Below, one piece after another: positions 21,617 through 32,984 of a stretch of 64,000 nucleotides of DNA. The first letter of the stretch is position 1, and the number at the start of each line of letters is the position of its first letter. The notes below the pieces were generated by a model. The model saw nothing but the letters and a program-made list of their open reading frames with translations. It made no database searches and was not told where the DNA came from. Where the stretch lies: assembly GCA_965240325.2 (NCBI GenBank), contig OZ251226.1:3162001-3226000 (forward strand), written 5' to 3'. This DNA comes from Rebecca billardiae RCC1528 (Eukaryota > Protista > Haptophyta). The position numbers were made by a program, and so were the translations under genes.

Positions 21617-22867
21617 GAATATATTCGTCAGTATATCTCGTCGTCAACTTCGGTCAGGCCCACTGTATGAAGACCTGCAGCCCCCAGCAGGCAGAACGCA
21701 GCCCAGGCGGCCCCCAGTCCCAGGCTGGCCCTGCCCGCAGCAGTGTGAGTGGGGACGGGGATGGGCGTCGGAACGGCCCTACACCGGCCCAGCTGGGGGA
21801 GGCGGCGGGCCGGATTATCATATGGATTATATGGGGGGGGAGGAGCCGAGAGGGGGGGGGGGGGGGGGGGCGAGCTCAACCAGAATAACTTTTTCCAGAA
21901 CTACCAGGCCCATCAGAGACACAGACCATCTCCCACAAGTTATTAATTAAAGTACCTGAACCAGTCCTCAACCGCAAGGCCAACTACTCATACTGTGACA
22001 TCATCCACCACCTACTCGGAACCCAGTCCACAACGGCGAGGCCAACTGTGTGACACTGTACGTGTCACGCCTACTGTACATACTCGTCACATCAAGCTAT
22101 AGTCACTGGAGGCCTGTAGCCAGTCAGACGGTGTAGACCCCCTAGTGGCTATAACTAGTCCCTACATATATATCAACTCTCAACGGCTTCGACCAGTAGC
22201 TACCGCACGCCAGACGATTCAGGAGAGCCGTGCGCCCAGCGCGCGCCCTCGTGCCTGTAAAGTAGTGTACGTAGTCGGTGTCGTCTTTTAAAAATCATCA
22301 TCATACTCATACTATAGTAGAGCAGAATCGGTCCTGTCGTCGACGCGTCGTCTTTATTTCAGATATATATATATATTAAGCAAATAAAATTTTGATACTG
22401 ACATTGCTGCGTAACCAACTATGCAGAATTATTATAACTGCTACTTATGGCCCGCGGTGCAGGTTTATTATTAAGCAGTAGCTAATAGCTACTAGCTACT
22501 AGCTACTAATTATTATTTAATAAACATCACTTTTAAAATCAGGACGAACGGACGGCGGACAGCCTAGGGGCAGTCGACAGCGGCCGGACCGGACGAGCGC
22601 GCCTTGCACATATGCTTCAGCTCCAATGGGCTTGCTGACGCTGAGCAATCGCAGGAACGAAACTGCGGCGCGTAGACCGTAGTGCCAACAAGCAGACAGC
22701 CCGAACGTACAAATGCGACCACGCCGTCATTTCGCCTGGCATCAGGTGTCGTCGCGATGGTAAGCTGCGTGATCGTACGAAGCCATGCCGTGTTAGCTCT
22801 CGGCGTGAAGCCAGCAGCCTCGTAGAACTTGTGCTGTGAGTCAAGCCATAAGCGCAAAGCGTAATGC

Positions 22868-23227
22868 TCAGATGACCTTTTTTACTGGGACGAGCGACAA
22901 CGAGGGGAGAGCATGGCCACCGCTCGGGAACCCCTCACCCTCACGGTTGGCGGCCCTCTCGCACGGGTTGATCCCCTGCAGGGACAGCGCCGTGTCATAG
23001 AAGGACTTCTCCATCGTGAGGCCCACGAATGGGACGGCGAACAGGCCATAAACGCCAAAGTGCCTGAGCACCGTGTTCACGATGACAAGGGTGCCGCCAC
23101 GGTGATGCCCATACATCATTACCGCGTTGGGTACGACGACAGCAGCCCAGGCCATGGACCACGTCGAGGGATCCATCAAGGACGCGCCTTGCGCTCCTGG
23201 GGCCGCGGTTGCGGTCGCTGCGGACAT
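22868..23227 (-). CDS. Small (119 aa) hypothetical membrane protein
   Basis: ATG 23227 (MSAATATAAPG). Normal protein-like composition with two hydrophobic segments (WSMAWAAVVVPNAVMM; FGVYGLFAVPFVGL) and tail GFPSGGHALPSLSLVPV. Confidence 0.6.
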   Translation of the reverse strand: MSAATATAAPGAQGASLMDPSTWSMAWAAVVVPNAVMMYGHHRGGTLVIVNTVLRHFGVYGLFAVPFVGLTMEKSFYDTALSLQGINPCERAANREGEGFPSGGHALPSLSLVPVKKVI

Positions 23228-23885
23228 GATGCTCACTTGTTCCGCTCGGACGGTGCACAAGATTCGACGCTCGGCCAAGGGTGGTCGCTCGGCCGACGAT
23301 TCTCGCTGAACTTCTGGTCCCGCGGCAATTCCGGCTGCACGGTGACACCCGGACTTGGTGCCAGGATGCGAACACAATCCAGTCACGATGGCCGGCTCAT
23401 CAGGCGCGGGCGGCCATATCATGAAGCCTCCAATGCGGATGCCGGATGGATGTGATATCACTCCAGCATTCGGCAGTCGGTAAGGGCTGGCCTGCGCATC
23501 GTACGAGTTGCGTCCTTTGCCGCGAAAGCCGTGGGAGTCGTCGGACAGTGCCCGTGAGGCGCCCTGCGCTGCCCACCGTGACCGCCGTCGCCTCCTGTCA
23601 GCGACCCTCGCTGACAAAGCCAAATGTGGCAGTGCCAAGTGTGACATCAGCGCCCTCCGTTGCATGCTTGGACGTCAACGGCTCCCGACGCGTGGTATCG
23701 CACTTGCCAAGCTTCCCACGGGCGCGCACGGCATACCGGTCGTATTCGGTCCGATTTGTCCGTGAGTCAATTTTCGAGCGCGCCGGGCTGCGTGCAATTT
23801 CACTCATTTACAGCGGTGGCGCGTGCGCGTCGACGCCAGACGGTGCGTCGAGCTTCCGCTCGGCGATGGAGTGATGGGCGACTAT

Positions 23886-23887
<2 letters not shown>

Positions 23888-23928
<41 letters not shown>
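23888..23928 (+). repeat. Poly-G tract (41 nt)
   Basis: Direct reading. Confidence 0.9.
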
Positions 23929-23930
<2 letters not shown>

Positions 23931-26321
23931 GACGGCGAGGAGCGCTGATCCTGGTGTTTGTCTCTGCTGCTCGATCTGCTGCTACAGCTTGCTGACTCTG
24001 ACGCCTGCCCGTTGCATACCACGTCGTTAATTTACAGCGGCCAGTGGCCTCGGCAGTTGACACCGATCGCTACCACTGGGCGCAGGAATTTCGGGTGGGG
24101 ATTTTCTTTTCCGAATATGTTGGTGATGCCGTCAGAGCACCACCAACCTCTGCCGCTGGCGGCTGCGCTGACAGCGCGCTGGGCGGCGCTGGAGGGGCGA
24201 GATGGGCGCCGACTGCGCGCCCTCCTGCGGTGGTTGCGTGCCCGCGAAGGCGGTGCGCGTGGTTGAGCGCGGCTGAAGAGCAGCCATTTGCGTCGTTCCA
24301 CCGCTCGCCGTTCGGAATCACTGCATCCGCCGCGCCTCAGGCCATCGCGTGCGCCGCACCAACAAGGAAGTTGTGTGCATTCCTCGGCTGACTGCACGCG
24401 TGCCGCGAGCAGCGGCGTCGGCGTCCGGCACTTGGTTGCACTGGGCAATGTCCAGGTAGTTTATGCACGCGTCATCGCTCGTCACAGTACGCTGCCTGGC
24501 ATACGCATCTGCACGGGTCACACAGCCGTCAAAAGGCATGATCGAGCATCACGCAGCGGTTGGCATCGACCTACGGCGAGGGTCATGTGAGCATGCAAAG
24601 CACGGACATGCGCCCTTCTGGATAGTGATGTAGTGAGCACATTCCCGCGTGAAAGGAGCGCGCGCCATTCAGGCACCGGAAGCGGCGTCGGGGCTGGATG
24701 CTCACGTCTTAGGCAGGCTGATGCTGCCTTCCGGCTGCACGGGTGCGTCTATCAAGGCTGACCGTGTGTGCGCGATGCGCACCGTCAAGTTCGACACGAA
24801 CGTCCAGACGTGAGCTACTGCTTGACAAGGTAGTATACACACATTCATACACGCGCCGTGTCATCCGAGGAGGCACATACACGCAGGCAGGCCATCATGG
24901 GCCTCGTTCAGGTATATTCTGCATCAGCACGCATAGATGCACGTACTAGCTCGGGCCAAGATTGACGTCGGAGCACGAGTCAGGGAGTTCAATGCCGGGG
25001 CAGAGCTGGACAGCGGTCACGCGTGTGGCCACTCCGCGCGAGCGCACATGCTCCGCGTCACCGCATATCAGCATGGCGTGCGCTGCAACGTCATCGTCGG
25101 GCCAGAGCGCTTGTTCGACCAATCGGCTCGTATGAATGATGCAATCAGCACACCTGAACGCAGCTGTTCGGACCCGCGCTCATGCGCGGCGGCGCAAGGT
25201 AGCGCAGTGGGTACAGCGTAGGCCTCGCCGCGCGGAAGCGCATGCTCCGTGTGTGTCTCGCCTCGCATGGCGCACGCGGGCGACGGGCTGGCCGTGTGGC
25301 GGTGTGCACAGACAAGTGCTGGCCCGAGGCAAGTACAGCCGAATGCGATGCGCGGCGCGAAGCGGCGAATGGCACTTCAGCACGACTGCCCAGCCTAGCT
25401 CGCCGGCTCTGCGCTCGCGGGATCGTCCACACGCACGGGAGCGCGGCGCCGTCGCCCGCTCGCCCGAGACGCGCGCGTCCGCCGCGCAGCGCGCGGCTGA
25501 ATAAATGCAAGGCGGAAATAAAAAGCGCGCCGATTTTCTCCGACCCTGGGTGCCGTGTCCCCAGTGGATCTCGCCTGCCTGAGCTGTGTGCGTCTCTTAT
25601 TCTTAGTAAACTGTAGCGTCGCATCGCCACCGAAAACTCAAAACTTCCGGAACTTGGGCAGATCAAGCAGCATGCCTATTGCCTGAGTCTGAGAGTGCGA
25701 GGTGTGTACGGCGGCAAAGCAGCAGTTTCAATAATACTGAATACATACTGATGACTGTAATTGCTATATGACTATGACAATGACTATGCGACTTAGCAGT
25801 GACTTAGCGCCTCTGAAATAGTCTGATTCTGCGGCCGAGGAGCTACAAGACGGGAGATAACAGCTGGGGACACGGTACGGCAGCTTATTGACTGAGCCGT
25901 AGCTGCTAAGCTATACGGTGACCGGTAACGGTTGCCGATACCGGTGCCCCAATGGTGGCAGTGGCCAGTCGCGGGCAGTGTCACACTCGTGAGTCACAGA
26001 CTGTCCTGCGCAGAGTCCGCGCACAGCGCACTGGCAGCGCCCGCGGTGCCCGCAGTGCCCGCCCTGCCCGGCTACTCCGGTGCGGCCGCTGAGGGGCCCT
26101 GGCAGACCGATTTACCCCTACCCGCCTGGCGACAGCCGAGCTGCCGCGTCCCGGTACGATCCCCATCCATGTAGGCATACCGGGTACTGTCCGAAAGCCT
26201 CTGAATTCCCGGTAATCGGTATCATCATTGTCGCATCCAACAAATTATGCCGCCGAGGGCGCCTGCTCCCCGTGCGAACCGGCCGATGCCCGATGGAAGT
26301 GCGGCTATACTGCACGCGCAC

Positions 26322-27392
26322 CTACGGAGCAGTGTTCGTGCGTGCTGACGGTGTCGCCTTGGCGGCCAGCTTCTCCGCCTCGGCCGCCGCCGCGCCGGGC
26401 ATGATCTTGAGCGAGAAGTCGAGCACATCGTAGCCCTGGTGGTACGACTTGGAGATGATGTCCACGTCGGCCGATGCGTACTGTGTGAGATTGTCGATGG
26501 TGATGCCGCCGCTTGCCTCGACAAGCACGTGCGGATACGCGCGCTTGAGCTTGGCGGCCGCGTTCTTCAGCGCACCCGGATCCATATTGTCGAGCATCAC
26601 AATGTCGGCGCCGGCCGAGGCCGCCTCCATGCCCTCCTTGAGTGTGCGCGCCTCCACCTCCACCTTGGTCGAGAAGCCGCCTGCGCGCCGCGCCTTTTCG
26701 ACGGCGGCGGTGATCGAGCCGCAGCTCCAGATGTGGTTATCCTTCAGCATCACCATGTGCGACAGGTCGTATCGGTGCGTGTCCGCACCTGCAGCCCCAG
26801 CCCCGTCGCGGCGCGCGGCGCGCGGCGCGCGGCGCATGTCAATACCCGTGAGGGCTTGGCGCCGGGATCGGGCGGAGCTGGCGCGCATGGGACGGCGCGG
26901 TCGCGGATGAAGCCCACCTGCGACTAGCAATGCATACTTCTCGACGAGGCGAAAGCCGGGCGTCGTCTTGCGCGTCCCGGCGACGGCCCCTTTCCAACCG
27001 GCAGCGCGTGCTTTTTGCACTGCCGTCGCCGCACGCGTTGCCACGCCGCTTGCGCGCGAGAGCGCGTTGAGCGCCGTACGCTCCCCAAGGAGGAGCAAGC
27101 GAGCGGGTCCTCGGACGGTTGCGACGTGGAGCTTCCCCCCCGCGGGCACAGTGAGCGTGTCGCCCTCCCGCGCGTGCCACTCGATGGTGCACTCGCACTT
27201 CTCGAACACTGCGTCGACGAATGGCGAGCCGCACAGCATCCCGCTGGTCTTCGCGAAGAGGTGAGCGACCTCGGGCTTGGTGCCAACGACGAAGCCCCCG
27301 ATGTCGAAAGCAGGAGTGTCCTCGCGCAGCCAGTCGTGCACGGCCGACTTCCAGGCCGGCGGCAGGAGATCGGCGAAATTCACGGCCGCCAT
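26322..27392 (-). CDS. QPRT: Quinolinate phosphoribosyltransferase (nicotinate-nucleotide pyrophosphorylase). Exons 27392-26918, 26788-26322
   Basis: WLREDTP, LLLGERTALNALSRASGVAT, AGTRKTTPGFRLVEKY, HRYDLSHMVMLKDNHI, KVEVE, ADIVMLDNM, VEASGGIT, DFSLKI. The in-frame GT-AG intron 26789-26917 removes an Arg/Ala-rich insert. Confidence 0.96.
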   Translation of the reverse strand: MAAVNFADLLPPAWKSAVHDWLREDTPAFDIGGFVVGTKPEVAHLFAKTSGMLCGSPFVDAVFEKCECTIEWHAREGDTLTVPAGGKLHVATVRGPARLLLLGERTALNALSRASGVATRAATAVQKARAAGWKGAVAGTRKTTPGFRLVEKYALLVAGGLHPRPRRPMRASSARSRRQALTGIDMRRAPRAARRDGAGAAGADTHRYDLSHMVMLKDNHIWSCGSITAAVEKARRAGGFSTKVEVEARTLKEGMEAASAGADIVMLDNMDPGALKNAAAKLKRAYPHVLVEASGGITIDNLTQYASADVDIISKSYHQGYDVLDFSLKIMPGAAAAEAEKLAAKATPSARTNTAP

Positions 27393-27864
27393 CGTCAAAG
27401 TTGGTTACGTGGACGCGCAAAGAGCCTTTACCGTTAGACCTCTGACTGCCCAGTTTCTCACCCCATCACTTTCACTTTCGCTACATTCTCGGGCTTCTGG
27501 CACCACGTTCTCCGAACTTTCTACCCGCCGATTCTTGAATCGTACCCAGCGAGCGACCTCGACGATGACCGGTCCGTCGTTACAACTCGCGCTTTGATTC
27601 ACGAATGATAAAGTCACGGGCCGGGTCGACCGTTTTGAACGGTAGATTCTGTGCGCCTGCACCCGCTTCCCTCAGCATAAACTGGACGCGGCTTGACGGG
27701 ACTTCGATGAAAAACACCCCCTCGTGGACTGTTCCTGTTTAGGACGCATTATGCCCAACTTTTCATTTCAGGCGCGGCACGAAGGTCCAAGGAAGGAACG
27801 GCGACCACAACCCGTCCGTTGCTTTCCGCAGACGAACAGTCAACACCCTCCAACTCCCGCGGCG

Positions 27865-28182
27865 ATGCATCCGCTCTCTCCGCCAGAGACAGCTCCTCAG
27901 CCGCCCGCGTCAACACATCACCCGCAGCTCTCTTCCGTCCCCGAGCACGAGCCCGCGGTGCACTCAAAACTGGCTCCAATCCCGTCGCCGAGACCATCGC
28001 GCGAGCTCCACGTGGATATTGGGGCCATATCCGCGAAAAAGCCCAAGTGGGCCGATGCGCCACTCGCGCGGCGGATGAACTCGAGCGAGCTCAGCCCGAT
28101 CAGCAGCATTCTGCTGCAGCGGAACAGGCGAGCACTCGCGTATCACTTTGTCGAGCAGCACGCGCACCATCCCGTCGCCTGA
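27865..28182 (+). CDS. Possible small Pro/His-rich hypothetical protein divergent from QPRT
   Basis: ORF MHPLSPPET...RRMNSSELSPISSILLQR. No recognised domain. Confidence 0.25.
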   Translation: MHPLSPPETAPQPPASTHHPQLSSVPEHEPAVHSKLAPIPSPRPSRELHVDIGAISAKKPKWADAPLARRMNSSELSPISSILLQRNRRALAYHFVEQHAHHPVA

Positions 28183-29508
28183 GCCCTATAGCCCAGGTGG
28201 CATGCACGCGCGCGTGGGCGTCGCATCACTGTGCGCGGCAACGTTGTCCTAAGCTGAAGACCCGTCAGCATGCCACTCCTGGTGTGGCCCGGCACCTCTC
28301 ATTGCGAGCGGCGTGCCATGCAAAGACGGACAGTCAACCCGCTCTTCATCGTCCACTACCCTCTTCTGGCGATGCGCTGACGATGAGACGGCCCGGCGCG
28401 GCACGGCAGCCGGCGATCGCGGGGCGCAGCCGACCTTACACGGTACCGCACGTACCGTACTGTACTCGAAACTGACAATTCGACTTCTACCGTGTACGTA
28501 AGTCGGAGCCTAGGGTCAATCTGACCATTCGTCGCACTAATTATTATATGCGGTTTAATCACTCCTGGTCGACGAGTCAGTATCGTACTATTCGTACTTA
28601 GGCTCTAACTATAAACTAAATTGACACTCACAGGCGGCGGGGGGGGTATAGTGTGCAGCCTTGAGCCTACTGGGCGTATGGCGAGTATCATCGGACTCCC
28701 TGCCGGCCAGTCCTCCGGGCAAACTTATTATAAATAGAGTCACAGAGAGTACTAGAGAGAATTCTGATACAACCCGTCTCACTGTAACTGACTCTCCGAG
28801 TCGCGGCCTGTCGTCGGTCTCAGCTCACTGGCAATTGCTGCCGTTACTCTGACCGTGACTTACGGCGGTCAAGTGCGTGACATAAGAGCATCATCGGACA
28901 GACACAGACTTTGCTGGTACATGATTCCAGACTGTCACAGCAATTTTCCAGTGACGGCGGTTTAATTATTAATAATAAGAGTACTGCTATGGCCACTTCT
29001 GAATAAGTTCTGGACGGCCGACTCCGGTCCGAAACCGATCAGGCGGCGCGGCCTGACTCGATGAGATGCGGGTCATTGAACGTCACACCGCTCACGCTGA
29101 CGTAGCGTACGGGCTGTAAGCTACCGTGTACGTATCGTCATCTAACTCTGAATCAGATCATCTGAATCCGCGGCCATCGGCCAGAGTCGGCAGGGTGCTG
29201 ATGTACTGATGGTCGCTCGAAGTGATGCTGCTGCATATCGGTTCTGAGACGTGCTAAGCAATGTCAGTTACCGGGGCCGCCGTCAATGATATCATGTCCA
29301 TGATGATGAATAGTTATATATATAATTAATTTGAATATTCAGATGACACGAGCAGTCAGCAGGCGCGTAGTGGCAGTGAACTGACTATTGTAATGCGCTT
29401 TCGTCTGCTAATCATGACGGACCGAGTCGGCCCCTGACGCATCATCACTCTGGCACGCAATGTCGACTCGGCGCGTCTGATCGGTGATCCACGCGGCCAA
29501 TGCGGTAT

Positions 29509-30774
29509 TTAGAAGCTAGGATCGTGCCGAGCGGCCCCGGCGCGACCAGTCAACGCGGCCTCACGCGCTGAGCATCTCGTCCAAGTACGGTCCGCGGCGG
29601 CGCCATCGTCGCTCTCTGGCTCGCCTGCCCGTGCGTCGAACGGAGCCCAGCGCACGAGCCGCGCACAGGCCAAGGCACGCGTCCACAGCACGACCTTGAC
29701 CGTGTTCACCTGCATGCGCTCCTTGTGGGCCAACGCTGAGTGGTAGTGCGTGTACTTCCGGCCGAGGTCGCAGGGCGACGAGAAGCCGTACAGCGAGACG
29801 CGCTCGCACATGCCGAGCGCGAACCACACCCCGAGCGCGCCCGTCAGCCCCCCGGAGCCGAAGTGGAGGAAGAAAGTCCGGTATACCTCGGGCTCAACCA
29901 GGTGGCGCCGGGCGTGGCCGTCGCGCGCCGCTCGCACCATTGCGCTCGCCACGCGCTTCCCGGACTGCACAAACTGCAGCACGTGCTCCGTCGACCGCGG
30001 CGGCGGCGCCGCGGCATACAGGCTGTTGAGGATGCGGAAGTGCGTGCGGTTGCCCACGTACGGCCCGTACCGGCCGCCGGTCGGGTGGTCGTTGAAGCGC
30101 AGCACCGCATCGTGCTGGTCGATCGCGCGGCCGAGCCGCGCGCGCGAGATGAGCGTGGGCGCGCCGCCGACGACGGCGCACGTGCGGTAGCGCTGCCAGG
30201 CGCGCGCCGGCGCGCCCGACGTGAAGCCGAGCTCGGCCGCGAGCGCGCTGCCCTTGCGGTGGCCACGCAGCATGCCGTGTGCCGAGCCGCCGCGCGAGCG
30301 CCCATCGTGCCGGATGAGAGCACCGCGCCAGAGCTGCAGATCGGGCGCCGAGCCATTCCAGAACAGCCCGCTTGGCAGCGCGCGGAGGCTCGCGATCTGC
30401 TGACGGATCAGGCACACGTCAAACGCCACATCCGCCGAGGCCTTCCCCTGCACTCCCTTCTTCACCGCGTAGTCCGCATTCACACGCGTGCGCAGCTCGC
30501 ACGCCGAGGCGGTGACCGGGCTGAACGCGTACACGCGGCGGGAGTCGGCGGGATGCGGCTCGTCGTCGCGTAGCTGCGCGCTGCCATCAAATTCGCGACG
30601 GCCAGCGTTCATGCACGCAGCCAGGCGCTCGGCGCTCTGTGCTGTGTCCTGATCGGCGCGCACATCGCACACACGCGCAGTCGTCACAAAGAGCACCACT
30701 GCTGGCCACAGGTAGTGCGTGCGGATGGCATTTGGACAGTCTCGACGAAAGATGACGACCCCTCGGCCTCGCAC
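29509..30774 (-). CDS. Glycosyltransferase family 29 (sialyltransferase-like); 5' end uncertain
   Basis: Sialylmotif L RTCAVVGG...GRAIDQHDAVLRFN...YVGNRT. Motif S TGALGVWFALGMCERVSLYGF. Motif III HYH. No convincing in-frame ATG before the hydrophobic segment. Confidence 0.82.
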   Translation of the reverse strand: MRGRGVVIFRRDCPNAIRTHYLWPAVVLFVTTARVCDVRADQDTAQSAERLAACMNAGRREFDGSAQLRDDEPHPADSRRVYAFSPVTASACELRTRVNADYAVKKGVQGKASADVAFDVCLIRQQIASLRALPSGLFWNGSAPDLQLWRGALIRHDGRSRGGSAHGMLRGHRKGSALAAELGFTSGAPARAWQRYRTCAVVGGAPTLISRARLGRAIDQHDAVLRFNDHPTGGRYGPYVGNRTHFRILNSLYAAAPPPRSTEHVLQFVQSGKRVASAMVRAARDGHARRHLVEPEVYRTFFLHFGSGGLTGALGVWFALGMCERVSLYGFSSPCDLGRKYTHYHSALAHKERMQVNTVKVVLWTRALACARLVRWAPFDARAGEPESDDGAAADRTWTRCSAREAALTGRAGAARHDPSF

Positions 30775-31252
30775 ACCTCGGTGGACCGTCGAGGGCCCGG
30801 CGGTGGCCGTCGTGGCGACGCGTCGCGGCCGGTCGCGATGGCAACCAAGCGGCGATGCCGAGTTCCCCGGCCGCCCGGCGCGGCGACAACGACAGACGAC
30901 GCACGTCCGATATTTTTACAAAAATCAAAAGCGGGCCCGAGAAGCCAGCAGAATAAAGGGCAAGCAGAACAGTGGCAGCACGATCGCGCTACAGCATCAG
31001 GTTGCAGTCGCGGCGGCAGAGGGCTGAACGCGGGCCTAAATCACTGAACCCTGCGGCCGTATCTATATCTACGTGCCCGCGTGGCGTGACAGTACCAGGC
31101 CGAGTGCGGCAGCGTCACGTGCACCTCGAGGAGGGACGCGACCGCCGAAGCTGGCTCGCCGTCGTAACGTTCGTCACTCGTCAGCCTCGGAACGCAGACC
31201 CGCACGGAGCAGCGTCCTCGCCGCCGAGCAGCACCTCCGCCGCAGGCCCACG

Positions 31253-32839
31253 TCATCGAGCAAAGCCGCCTGTTCTGACTGCGCCCCTGACCGATGAGCC
31301 CGCCGTCATCTCGAGGGCGGGTTTGGCCGGACTGCTCGTCGCCTTGGCGAGGTCGAGTGGTGGTACGGAGCGCGTGTCGGATGCGGCAGCCGGATCGGCC
31401 GCGGCGCCTTGGCCGGGCGCCGACCCTGCGCCGCTCCGCGCGCCCTCGCTCGCAGGCCGCGGCATGCTACGCGCCAGCGCCGCGCGCGAGCCCCAGAACG
31501 TGTTGCTCGAGTGCGTGAGGCTCTCCCACTCCGACGGCTTGGGCTGCGTGCGCGGCGGTGGCAAGGGCGCGGGGTCCTTGTCGTGGTAGCCCTTGTTGGT
31601 GATGATGTCGTACCCGTGCAAGGTGCTCTCCTGCGGCCGCGGAGGCGCACGGCGCGCGGAGCGGCGCGTGAGACGGCGCGTGAGACGGCGGCCCAAGCGC
31701 GCGCTGGCGGCGCGTGAGGCGCGCGGCGCGCGCGCGTGTACCTCGTAGCGGCGGTGCGAGGTGCGCTGCGAGGTGCGCGTCATCTCGGTCTCCGCCCTGG
31801 ACTCCTCCTTCTCCACAATCTCCGCCTCGCGCACCCACTTGCGCGCCTTGTGCTCGATCGTCTGCTGCTCGCGCTCGGCAAACTTGGAGTAGAGCGCGGG
31901 GTTCTGCACGGAGAAGTTGGTGATCGAGTACACGTGGCCCTCCGCGGACTGGTACGAGGGCGGCAGCTTGTTGAACGCCTTGTTCGGCTGCTCCGCCTGG
32001 CGGATCAGGGCGCGCAGCGACGCGGAGCGGCGTGTGCGGGCGCGGTCAGCAGCACGGCGACGCGCGCGAGCGCGCGCCCCACCGCGGCGGCGGCGGCGCA
32101 CCTTGGCAGCCCCCTCGATTTTGCGGTAGTGCTCCTCCTTGCGCGGGTCGTAGAACTGCGTGGTGAGCACGTTGTAGTCGTGCGTCGCCCAGTAGCGCTC
32201 GGCGGCCACGCGGCGCGCGCGCTCCGCCTCGGCGGCGGTGCGCTCCTCATGCTCGCGCTTGTACTGGTTGGAGAGCACGTTGTAGTCGCGCGGCTGCTGC
32301 GTGACCGAGCGCAGCTTGGTGTCCTCGCGCGGCGGCGGGACCTGCGGCCGCTGGTCCGGCGGCGTCCAGTGGTGCTCCTCCACGGAGAGCCCCGAGATGA
32401 TGTTGTACGGCACCATCGAGTCGAGCGGGTGCGCTAATCGCTGCTCGCGCTTCTTGACGGGGAACGTGAGCCCGAGCTCCTGCTGCGGGTCTGGCAGGCC
32501 GTGGCGCCGGCGCTGGTGGTTGAGCACGTCATGCGTCGAGCGCTGATTCGCGAGCTGCCGATCCATTGCCTGGTTCTGCGCGCGCAGCGTCTCCTCCTTG
32601 TCGCGCTCGCGCGCGGCCCGCTCGCGCGACTCGTCGCGCCACGTCTGCGTGATCGGGTTGTACTCGACCTGCTTGCGCGAGATCTCCGCGTGCGTCACGC
32701 GGCGCGGCTTGGCATACGCTTCATCTGTGAAGGGCCGGGTGGCCTGTGCGTGCTTGTAGAACGCGAGGCTCTCCTCCCAGCTCTGCGGCTCCCTCCCTTG
32801 GAAGTCTCGGTGGAGGGTCGTCGGCTCCCAGCCCGGCAT
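31253..32839 (-). CDS. Hypothetical protein with repeated Y-[ND]-x-[IL]-[ST] motifs and coiled coils, possibly axonemal. Exons 32839-32102, 31996-31742, 31630-31253
   Basis: ATG 32839 (MPGWEP). In-frame GT-AG introns 31997-32101 and 31631-31741 remove Arg/Ala junk. Motifs YNPIT, YNIIS, YNVLS, YNVLT, YSITN, YDIIT. Confidence 0.75.
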   Translation of the reverse strand: MPGWEPTTLHRDFQGREPQSWEESLAFYKHAQATRPFTDEAYAKPRRVTHAEISRKQVEYNPITQTWRDESRERAARERDKEETLRAQNQAMDRQLANQRSTHDVLNHQRRRHGLPDPQQELGLTFPVKKREQRLAHPLDSMVPYNIISGLSVEEHHWTPPDQRPQVPPPREDTKLRSVTQQPRDYNVLSNQYKREHEERTAAEAERARRVAAERYWATHDYNVLTTQFYDPRKEEHYRKIEGAAKVRRRRRGGARARARRRAADRARTRRSASLRALIRQAEQPNKAFNKLPPSYQSAEGHVYSITNFSVQNPALYSKFAEREQQTIEHKARKWVREAEIVEKEESRAETEMTRTSQRTSHRRYEVHARAPRASRAASARLGRRLTRRLTRRSARRAPPRPQESTLHGYDIITNKGYHDKDPAPLPPPRTQPKPSEWESLTHSSNTFWGSRAALARSMPRPASEGARSGAGSAPGQGAAADPAAASDTRSVPPLDLAKATSSPAKPALEMTAGSSVRGAVRTGGFAR

Positions 32840-32984
32840 CGTTATGGGCGTGGTGGCCAAGGGCCCGCCCGAAACGGCGCCACCGGACAGGTTCAGGTCA
32901 GCCCGGGTCCGGGAGGCCTGTGCCGTGCACTGTGCGTAGCAGTAAGCGACTTGAGACTGGTCCTATCGGTGGAGCCCGGTCTTC

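Noticed and set aside
22564-22857. ORF with GNAT-like FYEAAGF
   Set aside because: The motif is at the very start with no acetyl-CoA-binding motif A, and it lies in the 3' UTR position of the upstream gene.
23888-23928. Poly-G as a functional G-quadruplex
   Set aside because: Cannot be separated from slippage or a sequencing artefact.
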